Assembly (NCBI GenBank): GCA_007121075.1
Contig: SKMK01000033.1
Coordinates: 312 to 64,311, forward strand
Source: Syntrophomonadaceae bacterium
Lineage (GTDB): Bacteria; Bacillota; Dethiobacteria; DTU022
Direction of reading: 5' to 3'
Length of the DNA stretch: 64,000 bases
The notes under the pieces are model-generated. The model saw only the letters and a program-made list of their open reading frames with translations, was not told the DNA's origin and searched no databases. Made by a program: the position numbers and the translations under genes. Every line of letters starts with the position of its first letter. Positions within the stretch are counted from its first letter, which is position 1. Of this stretch, positions 48,117-57,744 are shown one piece after another.

Positions 48117-48557
48117 TCACTCATCCTGGTCCTGCCAGGCCAGTTCTTTTTTTAAGCCTGCATCAATATCCTGTTCCAAGAGGAACTGGAGCAATTTGTC
48201 AAAAGTTTCACTGCTTAAATCGTGTTCCAGCAGGCAGGCATCTTTTTCCGCCGCTTTAGGTGACACTCCTAATACCTGGGTTAAAAACCCGTAGATTATT
48301 TTGTGCCTGTGCCTCACTTTGAGGGCATAACGACGACCTTTCTCAGTCAATTCCACCGGGCCATAGCGATCCTGCCTGATCAAACCCTTTTCTTTTAATA
48401 TGGCCAGGGCCTGGATAACGCTGGGCTTGGCAATATCCAATCGATCGGCAATATCAGTCACCCGGGCTGTTTTTTTCTCCTGGAGCAGGTTTAAAATAAC
48501 TTCCAGATAATCCTGCAGTGAAGAGGTAACCGGGAATGATTGGGTCAACAGGACCAC
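48117..48557 (-). CDS. DtxR/MntR family metal-dependent transcriptional regulator
   Basis: 146 aa; HTH (ARVTDIADRLDIAKPSVIQALAILKEKGLI) and dimerisation/metal-site helices; immediately upstream of feoAB. Confidence 0.8.
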   Translation of the reverse strand: MVLLTQSFPVTSSLQDYLEVILNLLQEKKTARVTDIADRLDIAKPSVIQALAILKEKGLIRQDRYGPVELTEKGRRYALKVRHRHKIIYGFLTQVLGVSPKAAEKDACLLEHDLSSETFDKLLQFLLEQDIDAGLKKELAWQDQDE

Positions 48558-48723
48558 CGCCTTAAAATAATTGATATTAGGATAATCTGTTAGGTTAATC
48601 TAACAGTTACAATATAGCATCTCATTTTCCTGGTGTCAAATTAAAAGCGATTATACAAAAAGATAAAAAGTTAGTGTATATTAGTGGACAAGGTTAAAAT
48701 CATGTCGCTTTAGAGGTGAGAAC

Positions 48724-49902
48724 TTGCAGCAGGGCAATAAGGATAATAAAAACGGCAACTTTTTATTAATTCCAGTCTACCTGGTGGTATTCTGCGCGTT
48801 TTTTGACACACATGCGCAAATGCCGGTCCTGGCCCCTTATACCATGTCAATGGGAGCAACTCCTTTTCTGCTGGGGCTGGTAATCGGGTTCTATTCCCTG
48901 TTCAATATAATCGGTAATTTTGCAGGGGGAATCATGATTGACAAGAAGGGATGGCATCTCCCTTTATTTTTAGGGCTGGCCGGAGCATCACTGGGTTTAT
49001 TTTTCTATACCCAGGCTGGAAGTGCTTACCATCTGGTTATTGTCCGGGCCGGTCACGGTTTCATGGGTGGATTGCTTGTTCCCGCCGCCCTCGCCTCCCT
49101 GACTGCCGGAAAAACCATAACCCCACTTTACAGTAAACGCCTGGCCCTGTTTGGAGCTATAATCGGCCTGGCGGCAGTAACCGGGCCTCTTTTTGCGGGG
49201 ATAACCGCAAACCGCCTGGGGTTTCATGCCGTTTATTACGGTTTGGCCCTGTTCATGGCTTTGGCTTTGGCCGCCGCTTTAGTCCTTTTGAAAAAAAAGA
49301 TAAACCCGGGTACAGGGACTGCTGCACCTTCAGTATCCATAAGATGGATCTTGGCCCGGCCCGGACTGCAAGGCACTTTTATTTTCGCCCTCGGGACAAT
49401 GGGCTCAACAGGGACCCTGGCTTCTTTTTTGCCTGAACGGGCAGCAGAGCTGGGGCTGGATCACGCCCGGACCGGAATGCTGTTTGCAACTTTTGCCGTT
49501 ACGGCAATCATAATCCAGTTGTTATGGCCGGGACTGATAAAACCTCTGTTTAAACAAAATCTTCCCGGTTGCACTGCCGGCCTAACTTTCTTGTGCGCAT
49601 CGTTGGTCCTGGCCGCTATAGCCCCGGCAGCAGGGCTTCTATATGCCGCCATGGTTCTATACGGAACCGGGTTTGGATTCTCCTTCCAGGGCATGCTGGG
49701 CCTGGTCATGGAAAACTCTGATCCAGCCTGGCGGGGCCGGGCCATCGGTGTATTTTTTGCCGCCTATTCCCTGGGAGTAGCTATTATGCCTCCCATAAGC
49801 GGACTGATCTGGCAGAGCCTGCCGGCCATATTCCCTTTTTACACCTCTGCGGCTGCCGCCCTGATCAGTTTGGCAGCAGGCAAAAATTCCTGCTCCGGTT
49901 AA
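48724..49902 (+). CDS. MFS transporter
   Basis: 392 aa, 12 TM, MFS motif A-like (GxxxDkxGwH...). Confidence 0.75.
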   Translation: MQQGNKDNKNGNFLLIPVYLVVFCAFFDTHAQMPVLAPYTMSMGATPFLLGLVIGFYSLFNIIGNFAGGIMIDKKGWHLPLFLGLAGASLGLFFYTQAGSAYHLVIVRAGHGFMGGLLVPAALASLTAGKTITPLYSKRLALFGAIIGLAAVTGPLFAGITANRLGFHAVYYGLALFMALALAAALVLLKKKINPGTGTAAPSVSIRWILARPGLQGTFIFALGTMGSTGTLASFLPERAAELGLDHARTGMLFATFAVTAIIIQLLWPGLIKPLFKQNLPGCTAGLTFLCASLVLAAIAPAAGLLYAAMVLYGTGFGFSFQGMLGLVMENSDPAWRGRAIGVFFAAYSLGVAIMPPISGLIWQSLPAIFPFYTSAAAALISLAAGKNSCSG

Positions 49903-49925
49903 TGGGTGCTGTGACAAAAGCTGAA

Positions 49926-50513
49926 TCACTCCGATTCGAAAAGCCACAGGTAATCACCGTACCCTCTTTCATTCATTTTTTCTTTAGGAATAAACTCCAG
50001 GGACGCTGAGTTGATACAGTAGCGCATGCCGGTTGGTTCAGGCCCATCTCCAAAAAGATGCCCCAGGTGGGAATCTGCTTTTTTACTGCGGACCTCGGTG
50101 CGGTGCATCCCATAGCTGTAATCATCTTTTTCAACGATTCTTTCTTCTTCAATCGGCCTGGTAAAACTGGGCCAACCTGTCCCGGAATCATACTTATCCG
50201 TTGAACTGAACAACGGTTCCCCGGAAACAATATCCACGTAGATGCCTTCTTCCTTGTTTTCCCAGTACTTATTGTCAAAAGGAGGTTCAGTTCCGTCCTC
50301 CTGGGTTACCCGGTACTGCAGTTCCGTTAACCTTTCTCTTAAATCACCCATCTCTTCATATTCCTCCATTTCTACGGCCTGTCCAGGACAGGACGAACTA
50401 TCCGGATCGCCTTCTCCCCGGACCGCCTCGCATCCGGAAGCAGTAATAAACAGCACGGACAGCAGCAATAATCCGCCGGTTTTATTCAACTGTAACACCC
50501 TTTCCAAAGGCAA
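49926..50513 (-). CDS. msrB: Peptide-methionine (R)-S-oxide reductase MsrB, lipoprotein form
   Basis: 195 aa; signal peptide + lipobox (ITASGCE); SelR domain with GTGWPSF and RYCINSA active-site Cys. Confidence 0.85.
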   Translation of the reverse strand: MPLERVLQLNKTGGLLLLSVLFITASGCEAVRGEGDPDSSSCPGQAVEMEEYEEMGDLRERLTELQYRVTQEDGTEPPFDNKYWENKEEGIYVDIVSGEPLFSSTDKYDSGTGWPSFTRPIEEERIVEKDDYSYGMHRTEVRSKKADSHLGHLFGDGPEPTGMRYCINSASLEFIPKEKMNERGYGDYLWLFESE

Positions 50514-50772
50514 AATAGCCGGTTATATGGCGGGCTTTTTCTTTTGGATCCGGGTAGGACCAAACAGCGTTTTCCTTCTTTTCTCCATCAACTACAAGGT
50601 CGTAATAATGAGCCGGTCCTTTCCAGGGGCACCTGGTCCTGTAGTCGCTTTCAACCAGGTATTCCTGCTTAACATCCCCGGGTGGAAAATAGTGGTTTCT
50701 TTCAACAATAATTGTATTTTCGCTTTCAGCCAGGATTACACCTTTCCAAGCTGCTTTTACCATATTTACCAT
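50482..50772 (-). CDS. DUF427-domain protein
   Basis: 96 aa; conserved CPWKG...YYD pattern typical of DUF427. Confidence 0.6.
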   Translation of the reverse strand: MVNMVKAAWKGVILAESENTIIVERNHYFPPGDVKQEYLVESDYRTRCPWKGPAHYYDLVVDGEKKENAVWSYPDPKEKARHITGYFAFGKGVTVE

Positions 50773-50930
50773 CCTAACAAAGCAACTTCTTAATTCACGG
50801 CTTCTCCATAATCACAACCGCAGTCCTAAACTTATTCTACTGCTTGCTCCAAACTCATATCGATTTTCATGCCCACCGCTAAATTATTATATCATTTCTT
50901 AATAATCTCTACTATTTTAATTAAAACAGA

Positions 50931-51707
50931 TTAAATCTTTCGCCCTGGCTCCGGGTTCCTGTTAATATGCCGCATCATCAACAGGCAGAGAACTATGATC
51001 GGGGGCGTAAAAAGATGTACAGTCGTAAAAAACCCTGCTCCCCAGGCTTCACTGACATAATTCCAGGCTACAAGAGGATTATCCCGGAATGTTTCTTCAA
51101 TCAGCCCGCGCAGTAAAGTGTAACCAAGAACAAAGCTCCAAAACAAATAACCCGGTTTGAGTTCCCGGCGCCTGACCAGGTAATTATGGAACAAAAGCAG
51201 GGTTATACCAATTAAAGTCCCATAAATCTGGGCCGGGTGCCTTTCAAAAAAGAACACTGCCGCTTCACGGCCCAGTATCTCCTGGTTAAAAATGTTGGCG
51301 ATCCGGATCAAAGCAATTCCAAGTGCAACTCCGGGGACAGCCAGGTCGGTCAGGATCCACCAGTTTAAATTTTTAACCCGGCAGTAAATCCAACTGCTTA
51401 AAATACCGCCCAGGAGGCCGCCGTGAAAGGCAAGCCCTCCCTGATCAATCCGAATAATTAGATGGGGATTTTCCATAAAATATGGCCAGTTGACGGCAAC
51501 AAAAACAGCCCGGGCGCCCATGATCAGAAAGACCACAACCAGGATAAACAGGCTAAAAAGTATATCCTCATTAAAACCGTGCTTTAAACCATTCTTGCGC
51601 AGGTAATAAAAACCGGTCAGTATCGAAACCGCAAACATCAGGCCATACCACCTGATGGCAATCGGGCCTGCTTCAAAGATGATCGGGCTGATATCCTCTA
51701 TATACAT
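50931..51707 (-). CDS. lgt: Prolipoprotein diacylglyceryl transferase
   Basis: 258 aa; Lgt signature (YGLMFAVSILTGFYYLRKNG; GGLAFHGGLLGG). Confidence 0.85.
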   Translation of the reverse strand: MYIEDISPIIFEAGPIAIRWYGLMFAVSILTGFYYLRKNGLKHGFNEDILFSLFILVVVFLIMGARAVFVAVNWPYFMENPHLIIRIDQGGLAFHGGLLGGILSSWIYCRVKNLNWWILTDLAVPGVALGIALIRIANIFNQEILGREAAVFFFERHPAQIYGTLIGITLLLFHNYLVRRRELKPGYLFWSFVLGYTLLRGLIEETFRDNPLVAWNYVSEAWGAGFFTTVHLFTPPIIVLCLLMMRHINRNPEPGRKI

Positions 51708-51817
51708 GGGTATTCTCCTTTACCGTTACGAATTGGTTTTAACTCCTGCTTGATCATTTTTTCGCCCTGATCCATAAATCAGAGCCCTACCGCAATCCGC
51801 CCTACACAATCATCTTA

Positions 51818-52843
51818 CTATACAAGGCCCAGGGCCAGCAACATTGAGATCAGGTACCCCACTACCAGGGCTATACTAAACACCGTTAAAACATAAAGGG
51901 CAAGAAAGCGGCGCTTAAAGACCGAGCTCATAAAAATAATCCCATTTATACTGGTCCCCGATCCGGCTATAATGAATGCTATGCCTGCCGCTACCGCCCC
52001 CGTAGCTCCAATCAGCGGTGCAGCCAGGGCTATCATAGCGCAATCACCGCTGTAAAAAGGAATCCCGATTAAAGCCCCAATCAGGACATCAAAAGGAGCT
52101 CTTTCAGCCAGGGCCTGCTTTATTAATTCCTGGGGAACAAGGTTCTGCAAAAGGGCGGAAATGACAATTACAGCCGCAACGTAGGGAAAGATCCTCTTTA
52201 TGAGGTCAACAGTTTGAACCCAGGCCGGGCCGGCTATGGAGGAAAGACCTTTCTTGTTTCCAACATCAGGTGATACCGTAGAAGAGCAGCAGTTGCTTTC
52301 ACCGTCGGACCCGCATGAAGAAGAACCAGAAGCCATGGCCAGGGAAGCCCTTTCGTTTTTTTCTTCTCCTACTGCAAAACCGCTTTTAAAAATTCCCCAG
52401 CGCCTGCCTGCAGGTTCCAACAGCAACCCGGCTGCCAGGGCGGCCGAAGAAGTAATGAGCAGGTAAACCAGGGCCAACGGCAACCCAAAGACACCGATCA
52501 AAATCATGAAAGCAGGCAAGCTGACCACCGGGCTGACCAGGAAAAATGTCAGGACGGCCCCCGTTGGGACCCCGGCCCTGACCAGGCCCAACATAACCGG
52601 AAAAGCACCGCACTCACAAAAAGGAAGGACGGCTCCCAGGCCAACCGCCCTTAAGCGCCCCGTCCAGGCGCTCCTGCCGGCCAGTAAAGATCTCAGTTTT
52701 TCATTACCAAGCCACAACCTGGCTAATTCGGCAATAAAAATCGCTGCAACCAGCATGGGAATTATCCGCAGTGCCAGCAGTCCGGCACCTGCTGCAGTTT
52801 CAAAAATCAGGTTATTTTTTATCAGTTCATAACCCGCGGGCAT
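51818..52843 (-). CDS. Fused COG0701/DUF318-type permease with Cys-rich cytoplasmic loop (ArsP-like)
   Basis: 341 aa; 8-10 TM; central loop SSSCGSDGESNCCSSTVSPD; adjacent to ArsR regulator. Confidence 0.55.
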   Translation of the reverse strand: MPAGYELIKNNLIFETAAGAGLLALRIIPMLVAAIFIAELARLWLGNEKLRSLLAGRSAWTGRLRAVGLGAVLPFCECGAFPVMLGLVRAGVPTGAVLTFFLVSPVVSLPAFMILIGVFGLPLALVYLLITSSAALAAGLLLEPAGRRWGIFKSGFAVGEEKNERASLAMASGSSSCGSDGESNCCSSTVSPDVGNKKGLSSIAGPAWVQTVDLIKRIFPYVAAVIVISALLQNLVPQELIKQALAERAPFDVLIGALIGIPFYSGDCAMIALAAPLIGATGAVAAGIAFIIAGSGTSINGIIFMSSVFKRRFLALYVLTVFSIALVVGYLISMLLALGLV

Positions 52844-52868
52844 ATTTATTGCTTCATACCTCCCTAAT

Positions 52869-53252
52869 CTAGCCGTTCTCGCGAATGTGCTCCATACTCA
52901 AATCAACCAGGCTGGCAATGTGTTCGTCGGCAAGGCTGTAAAAAACCATTTTTCCCCTTTTTTCCGATTTTACAAGGCGCAGGCTTCTTAAATAACGGAG
53001 GTGATATGACACAGCTGCAACCGGCAGACCAAGGACCAGGGCCAGATCGCAGACACAAAGTTCTTCATGCCAGAGGGCATAAACAATCTTGAACCTGGTC
53101 TGATCTCCCAGCGCCTTGAAAATATCCACCGCCACTTCCAGGCCATCAAGCCGGCTTTTGACATGATCTACTTTTACCGGATCACTGCAAAATATATCGC
53201 AGTGATCCGGTTCCTTTTGTTTTGGCGACATAATTAAAAAGCCTCCGTACAT
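52869..53252 (-). CDS. ArsR/SmtB family metalloregulatory transcriptional regulator
   Basis: 127 aa; HTH with ELCVCDL metal(loid)-binding Cys pair, extra N-terminal Cys (HCDIFC). Confidence 0.8.
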   Translation of the reverse strand: MYGGFLIMSPKQKEPDHCDIFCSDPVKVDHVKSRLDGLEVAVDIFKALGDQTRFKIVYALWHEELCVCDLALVLGLPVAAVSYHLRYLRSLRLVKSEKRGKMVFYSLADEHIASLVDLSMEHIRENG

Positions 53253-53423
53253 TCAAACACTTATACAATTATAATAACGTACCTGAAATAATAAGCCAAC
53301 CCTGATCAGGGTATCTCCCGGCTATATTCAGTCAGGATCTTCTGTTAATTATAAAATGCGTACCTCAGATAATAAATAAAAAGTTTATTGACCCAGGTTA
53401 CGCACAGAAAGCACTCCTGAAAT

Positions 53424-53452
53424 CAACAACCTGCCATAATGGCAGGTTGTTG
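53424..53452 (-). terminator. Hairpin downstream of beta-helix protein gene (13-bp perfect stem CAACAACCTGCCA / TGGCAGGTTGTTG, 3-nt loop)
   Basis: Seen in sequence 55 nt after stop at 53508; weak U tract (AUUUCAGG) on minus strand. Confidence 0.4.
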
Positions 53453-53507
53453 GCCAACTGTTTTAGTGAAAAACCTTAGCGGCTTATCTTTAATAAAACA
53501 GAGTTAT

Positions 53508-55259
53508 TTATTGATCATTATTATCTTCATCTTCTTCCAGGTCTTCAGGAACATTGTCCCGGTAAGTATTGTCGTCAGGATCGCTTCTTTCAATACTGGC
53601 CTCGCCAAACCCGACAAAAGCACCGCCTTCGTCAGCTTCATTGGCAATAAAATCATTTTCTTTCAGCTCAATTACAGAATCATCAAAAGCGACCACGCCG
53701 CCACCTAATTCCACTGCGATATTACGGGTGAATTCGTTATTAAGAATTGTGGCAGTGGAGTTGGCTACAAGAATAATACCGCCGCCTGATCCTGGCAGGT
53801 CGGCAAGTTCTCCCTGAGCCATGTTGTCCGAGATGACATTTCGCTCCATGGTAACCGCGGATCGCTGTACAAATAATCCTCCACCCGAAGCCACAGCCGT
53901 ATTGCTGGATATAGAGTTGTCTTCAAATACCGGGGAAGAATTGCCGTGAACTACCGCTCCGCCGCCCATGCGGCCTGCGGTATTTTCGTCAATCACATTA
54001 TTTGCCACAAGCGGTGAAGAATCGGTTGAAATTGCTATTCCGCCGCCATCCTGCTGAACCAGGTTCTCAACAATGTTATTGCCCTCTATCAGCGGCGAAG
54101 ATTCTTTGATATAAATTCCGCCACCGCCAAGCAGCACGACATTTTCTGATATGATGTTATCAATTACGTTGGGTTCAGATCCTTCCAGGATTGCCAATCC
54201 ACCGCCGTTTTCTTCTGTATAATTTTCCATGATCGTATTGTTGATTATATCCGGCGATGAGCCTTCAGCCACCGCCAGACCCCCGCCATTGTTCCTCGCC
54301 GAATTGTTGGAAACATCATTGTTTTCGATAGTCGGAGAAGCATCAAAAACAGCAATTCCTCCTCCATACCATATGGATCGGTTGTTGTTTACGGTGTTGC
54401 CGCTGATCAAAGGGTTCGCATAAAAAACAGCAATTCCGCCTCCGCTGGTAGATCTGTTATTATGAAGGTCGTTAACGTTAATGTTGGGATTTGCTTCAAA
54501 GTCTACAAATATGCCCCCACCGTAATTTCTGGCATCATTTTCGCGCAAAATATTCTCTTCGATAAGCGGATCGGATTTAAAGGTATAAATTCCGGCTCCG
54601 TTAAATGATTTGTTATATTCGATGGTATTTCCGGAAATGATCGGGTTTGAATTATCAAGGACGGCAATACCACCCCCGGCGGATTTGTCATGTTCAATTT
54701 CATTGCCTTCGATAACATTAAGGGTTATTGTCGGAGAGCTATTACCGCTTATGTAAATCCCTCCGCCGTAGTAAGAATCTTCTACGTACTCCTCACCCTC
54801 ATATTCGTGAACCAGGGTGTCCCTTGTGCCTGTCCCCCCGGCGATGGTAATGCCTTTTAAGATGGCGTTTTCACTTTCACCGTTCTGGAAAGTTACTACA
54901 GATCCTCTCCTGCGTCCGTCAATAACCGTTTCAGCAATGACTCCCGGATCTTCCGGGTCAGTGCTCCGTACCGTAATATCTTTACCCAGAAAATCAATCT
55001 GCTCGTAATAAAGACCCGGTTCTACAACTATCTCATCTCCATCACCGGCTGCTTCAATGGCTTCCTGTATGCTCCGGTAATCACCGGGAACAGAAATATA
55101 GGGGCTATGTAAAAACACAGCCGCCAGGATTACAACAGCCACCACGGCCACGACACCCAAGGCCAGGCCGACTATTTTCCCCCGGGAAGAAATATTTTTG
55201 GAGTGCTGTTTATTAGTTTCATTTTGTATATCTTTTTGTATATTTTTATCTTGATCCAT
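53508..55259 (-). CDS. Membrane-anchored right-handed parallel beta-helix (PbH1/NosD-like) repeat surface protein with acidic C-terminal tail
   Basis: 583 aa; N-terminal TM anchor, >12 repeats of GGGI(A/Y)...N.I..N pattern, C-terminal DDNTYRDNVPEDLEEDEDNNDQ. Confidence 0.7.
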   Translation of the reverse strand: MDQDKNIQKDIQNETNKQHSKNISSRGKIVGLALGVVAVVAVVILAAVFLHSPYISVPGDYRSIQEAIEAAGDGDEIVVEPGLYYEQIDFLGKDITVRSTDPEDPGVIAETVIDGRRRGSVVTFQNGESENAILKGITIAGGTGTRDTLVHEYEGEEYVEDSYYGGGIYISGNSSPTITLNVIEGNEIEHDKSAGGGIAVLDNSNPIISGNTIEYNKSFNGAGIYTFKSDPLIEENILRENDARNYGGGIFVDFEANPNINVNDLHNNRSTSGGGIAVFYANPLISGNTVNNNRSIWYGGGIAVFDASPTIENNDVSNNSARNNGGGLAVAEGSSPDIINNTIMENYTEENGGGLAILEGSEPNVIDNIISENVVLLGGGGIYIKESSPLIEGNNIVENLVQQDGGGIAISTDSSPLVANNVIDENTAGRMGGGAVVHGNSSPVFEDNSISSNTAVASGGGLFVQRSAVTMERNVISDNMAQGELADLPGSGGGIILVANSTATILNNEFTRNIAVELGGGVVAFDDSVIELKENDFIANEADEGGAFVGFGEASIERSDPDDNTYRDNVPEDLEEDEDNNDQ

Positions 55260-55293
55260 TATATTCCATACTCCTTTCAGTTATAATTAAAAA

Positions 55294-56637
55294 TTACTGC
55301 TCTTCGAATATATCATCAGGTGTGTTGTTTGTATAAACATTATCATCAGGATCTTCCAGTTCCAGTTCCGAATCACCGGAAACCCATACTGCTCCTCCAC
55401 CCTCATCATCCTGCGCTTCATTGCTTTCAAAAACATTCCTGAGCAGCAACGGCGCTGAATTGTTGACAGCAAGTCCGCCGCCCACTCGCTCTGAAATATT
55501 ATCGATAAAAACATTGTCTTCTATTGTGGGGGAAGACCCTTCCATGTAGAGTCCGGCGCCGGCAAAGGAGGCCAGGTTGTCGGCAATTTCATTGCCGATG
55601 ACCATAAGGGCGGTACTTAATGAATTGACCAGGAAAAGACCGCCTCCCCTGGCTGCACGGTTACCGGTTATTATATTGCTTTCAACAACTGGTTCGGAAT
55701 CTTCGATGTAAAGTCCGCCGCCTCGCTCGGCAGAATTATCGGTAATTGTGTTCCCCTCCATGGTGGGAGTAGATCTGCCGGCTATTGCCACTCCCCCTCC
55801 AAGTTGATCGGCAGAGTTGCCAGAGATAGTGTTATTAAGCAGAGTTGGGGAAGCATTGGAATAAATAACTATCCCGCTTCCGTACTCGGCATTGTTTCTT
55901 TGAATAATGTTGCCTTCGATCAAAGGTGAAGATTCCTCGATGTGGAGGCCGCCACCCCAGAAACCTGAATTGCCGGTAATTGTATTATCCAGGATCGTGG
56001 GAGAAGAATCAAAAATGGCTATACCTGCACCGACCTCGGCCGAATTATCTTCAATGTTATTTTTTTTGATTACCGGTGAGCTGCCTCCTGATACCAGCAA
56101 ACCGCCTCCACGGGTAATCGTAAAGCCGCTTAAAACAGCTTCTTCGCTTTCCCCGCTCCTGAATGAGACAACAGCACCACTGTTTCCCCCGTCAATTATG
56201 GTTGAATCAACCACATCAGGATCATCGGGATCGGTGCTGCGCAGGGTTATGCTCTTTCCTCTAAAATCTATATTCTCCCTGTATACACCAATACCAACTA
56301 TAATTTCATCTCCATCTTCAGCAGCATCAATTGCTTCCTGGATGGTTGGATATTTGTCCGGAACAGATACATCACTGCTACCCAGGGCAAATATTGCCGA
56401 TATCGCCACACCGATAACAGCAACCGCTGCCAGACCAATTACAACGAACTTGAATGTTTTGTTGGCAGGCCTCATTTTTTTCTGTTGGCCCGGTGCTGAT
56501 TTTTCAGGTCCTTTTTCTTTCTTAAGCAAGTATTCCTCATCCTGGATCTGGCTTTTCGGAGGTTGTTCCCCACAGTAAGGACAAAAGCCATATTCATTTT
56601 CATCGTAATTCATACCGCAACTTTGGCAGTCTATCAT
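55294..56637 (-). CDS. Zinc-ribbon + TM + parallel beta-helix repeat surface protein (paralog of downstream gene)
   Basis: 447 aa; N-terminal CQSCG...CPYCG zinc ribbon, single TM, PbH1 repeats, C-terminal DPDDNVYTNNTPDDIFEEQ matching paralog tail. Confidence 0.7.
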   Translation of the reverse strand: MIDCQSCGMNYDENEYGFCPYCGEQPPKSQIQDEEYLLKKEKGPEKSAPGQQKKMRPANKTFKFVVIGLAAVAVIGVAISAIFALGSSDVSVPDKYPTIQEAIDAAEDGDEIIVGIGVYRENIDFRGKSITLRSTDPDDPDVVDSTIIDGGNSGAVVSFRSGESEEAVLSGFTITRGGGLLVSGGSSPVIKKNNIEDNSAEVGAGIAIFDSSPTILDNTITGNSGFWGGGLHIEESSPLIEGNIIQRNNAEYGSGIVIYSNASPTLLNNTISGNSADQLGGGVAIAGRSTPTMEGNTITDNSAERGGGLYIEDSEPVVESNIITGNRAARGGGLFLVNSLSTALMVIGNEIADNLASFAGAGLYMEGSSPTIEDNVFIDNISERVGGGLAVNNSAPLLLRNVFESNEAQDDEGGGAVWVSGDSELELEDPDDNVYTNNTPDDIFEEQ

Positions 56638-56877
56638 ATAATACCCCTCTCAATGACAATTAAGCCGGCCTGATACCTGAAACTGATTAAACTCATTTGA
56701 TTAAACCAGGCTATAGATAAGCTGTTTCACTTACAGGCAGCGCGTGAAACAGCTTGCTCTTAATGTTAAAAACCTTGCCTCCCTGACAGAAGCAAGAATT
56801 TTAAACTCCATAAATTCAGCATCAATGGAATTTCTACATCGACGACTTTATTCCTGCCTGCACCCGATTACAATAAA

Positions 56878-57591
56878 TTAATTATTTGTTAAAAAGTTTA
56901 AAGGAACAATGATTTTCCCTTTCTCCACTCCTGACCTCTGTTTTTCTTTCATGAAGTAAATATAATGAACTTCAGCAGGAACATCCTCAACCGGGCAGGC
57001 AAAAACTATCACTCCTTCAGATCCTTCGGGAAGGTCATTAAAACCGGAGAAGTTTTCAGCGCCGCCTGTATACTTGAATTGAGTAATTACCCGTTCGTAC
57101 CTGGCCCCATCCTCACTTACCAGCACCGGCTGTTCATCATCAAAACCGGGAGGGATTTTAAAATATCCATCTTCAATATTTTTTACAGTTACAAATATGG
57201 CCAGGTAGTGTACTTCCTTTTCCAACAATTTGATCTGGGAACTTTCAAAGTATAAATTTCCTTCGGAATTCTCTTTTTCATCATTGCCGGTATGCTCATT
57301 TTTTTCAGCCGTAAAAAAAGTGCTGATCTCTTTTGGGATGTCATCATCAACCAGGTAATGGTCCAATGCTATTGTAACTTTGCCGTCTTCTGAAACATAA
57401 TCAGTCAACTGAATACCAATCTCGCCCTCTCCTCTGTGTTTTTCAGGATCACTTTCTTCCGGGTCGACCTTCTTCTCGGCGGCTTGCAGATCATCTGGGG
57501 CTTTTTTGTTAGATCCTCCTGTTTCTTCAGCAGCACACCCGAAGACTAAAGCAAATGCAGTTACAATCACAACCAATAATAAGTGCTTCAA
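56878..57591 (-). CDS. Putative lipoprotein
   Basis: 237 aa; signal peptide + lipobox (ALVFGCAAE); acidic low-complexity linker then beta-rich domain. Confidence 0.6.
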   Translation of the reverse strand: MKHLLLVVIVTAFALVFGCAAEETGGSNKKAPDDLQAAEKKVDPEESDPEKHRGEGEIGIQLTDYVSEDGKVTIALDHYLVDDDIPKEISTFFTAEKNEHTGNDEKENSEGNLYFESSQIKLLEKEVHYLAIFVTVKNIEDGYFKIPPGFDDEQPVLVSEDGARYERVITQFKYTGGAENFSGFNDLPEGSEGVIVFACPVEDVPAEVHYIYFMKEKQRSGVEKGKIIVPLNFLTNN

Positions 57592-57744
57592 AACCTATCC
57601 CTCCCCGCCAATCAGAGAATCCGCCAGAAAACAGCGAAACTAAATTTTGAATAACAGTCTTAAACTGCTGTGATTATTGTTGCAGTTTATATCAACATTA
57701 AAAAGCATTAATGAACAGTTAAACTGATCCGTCTTCATCCGGTT

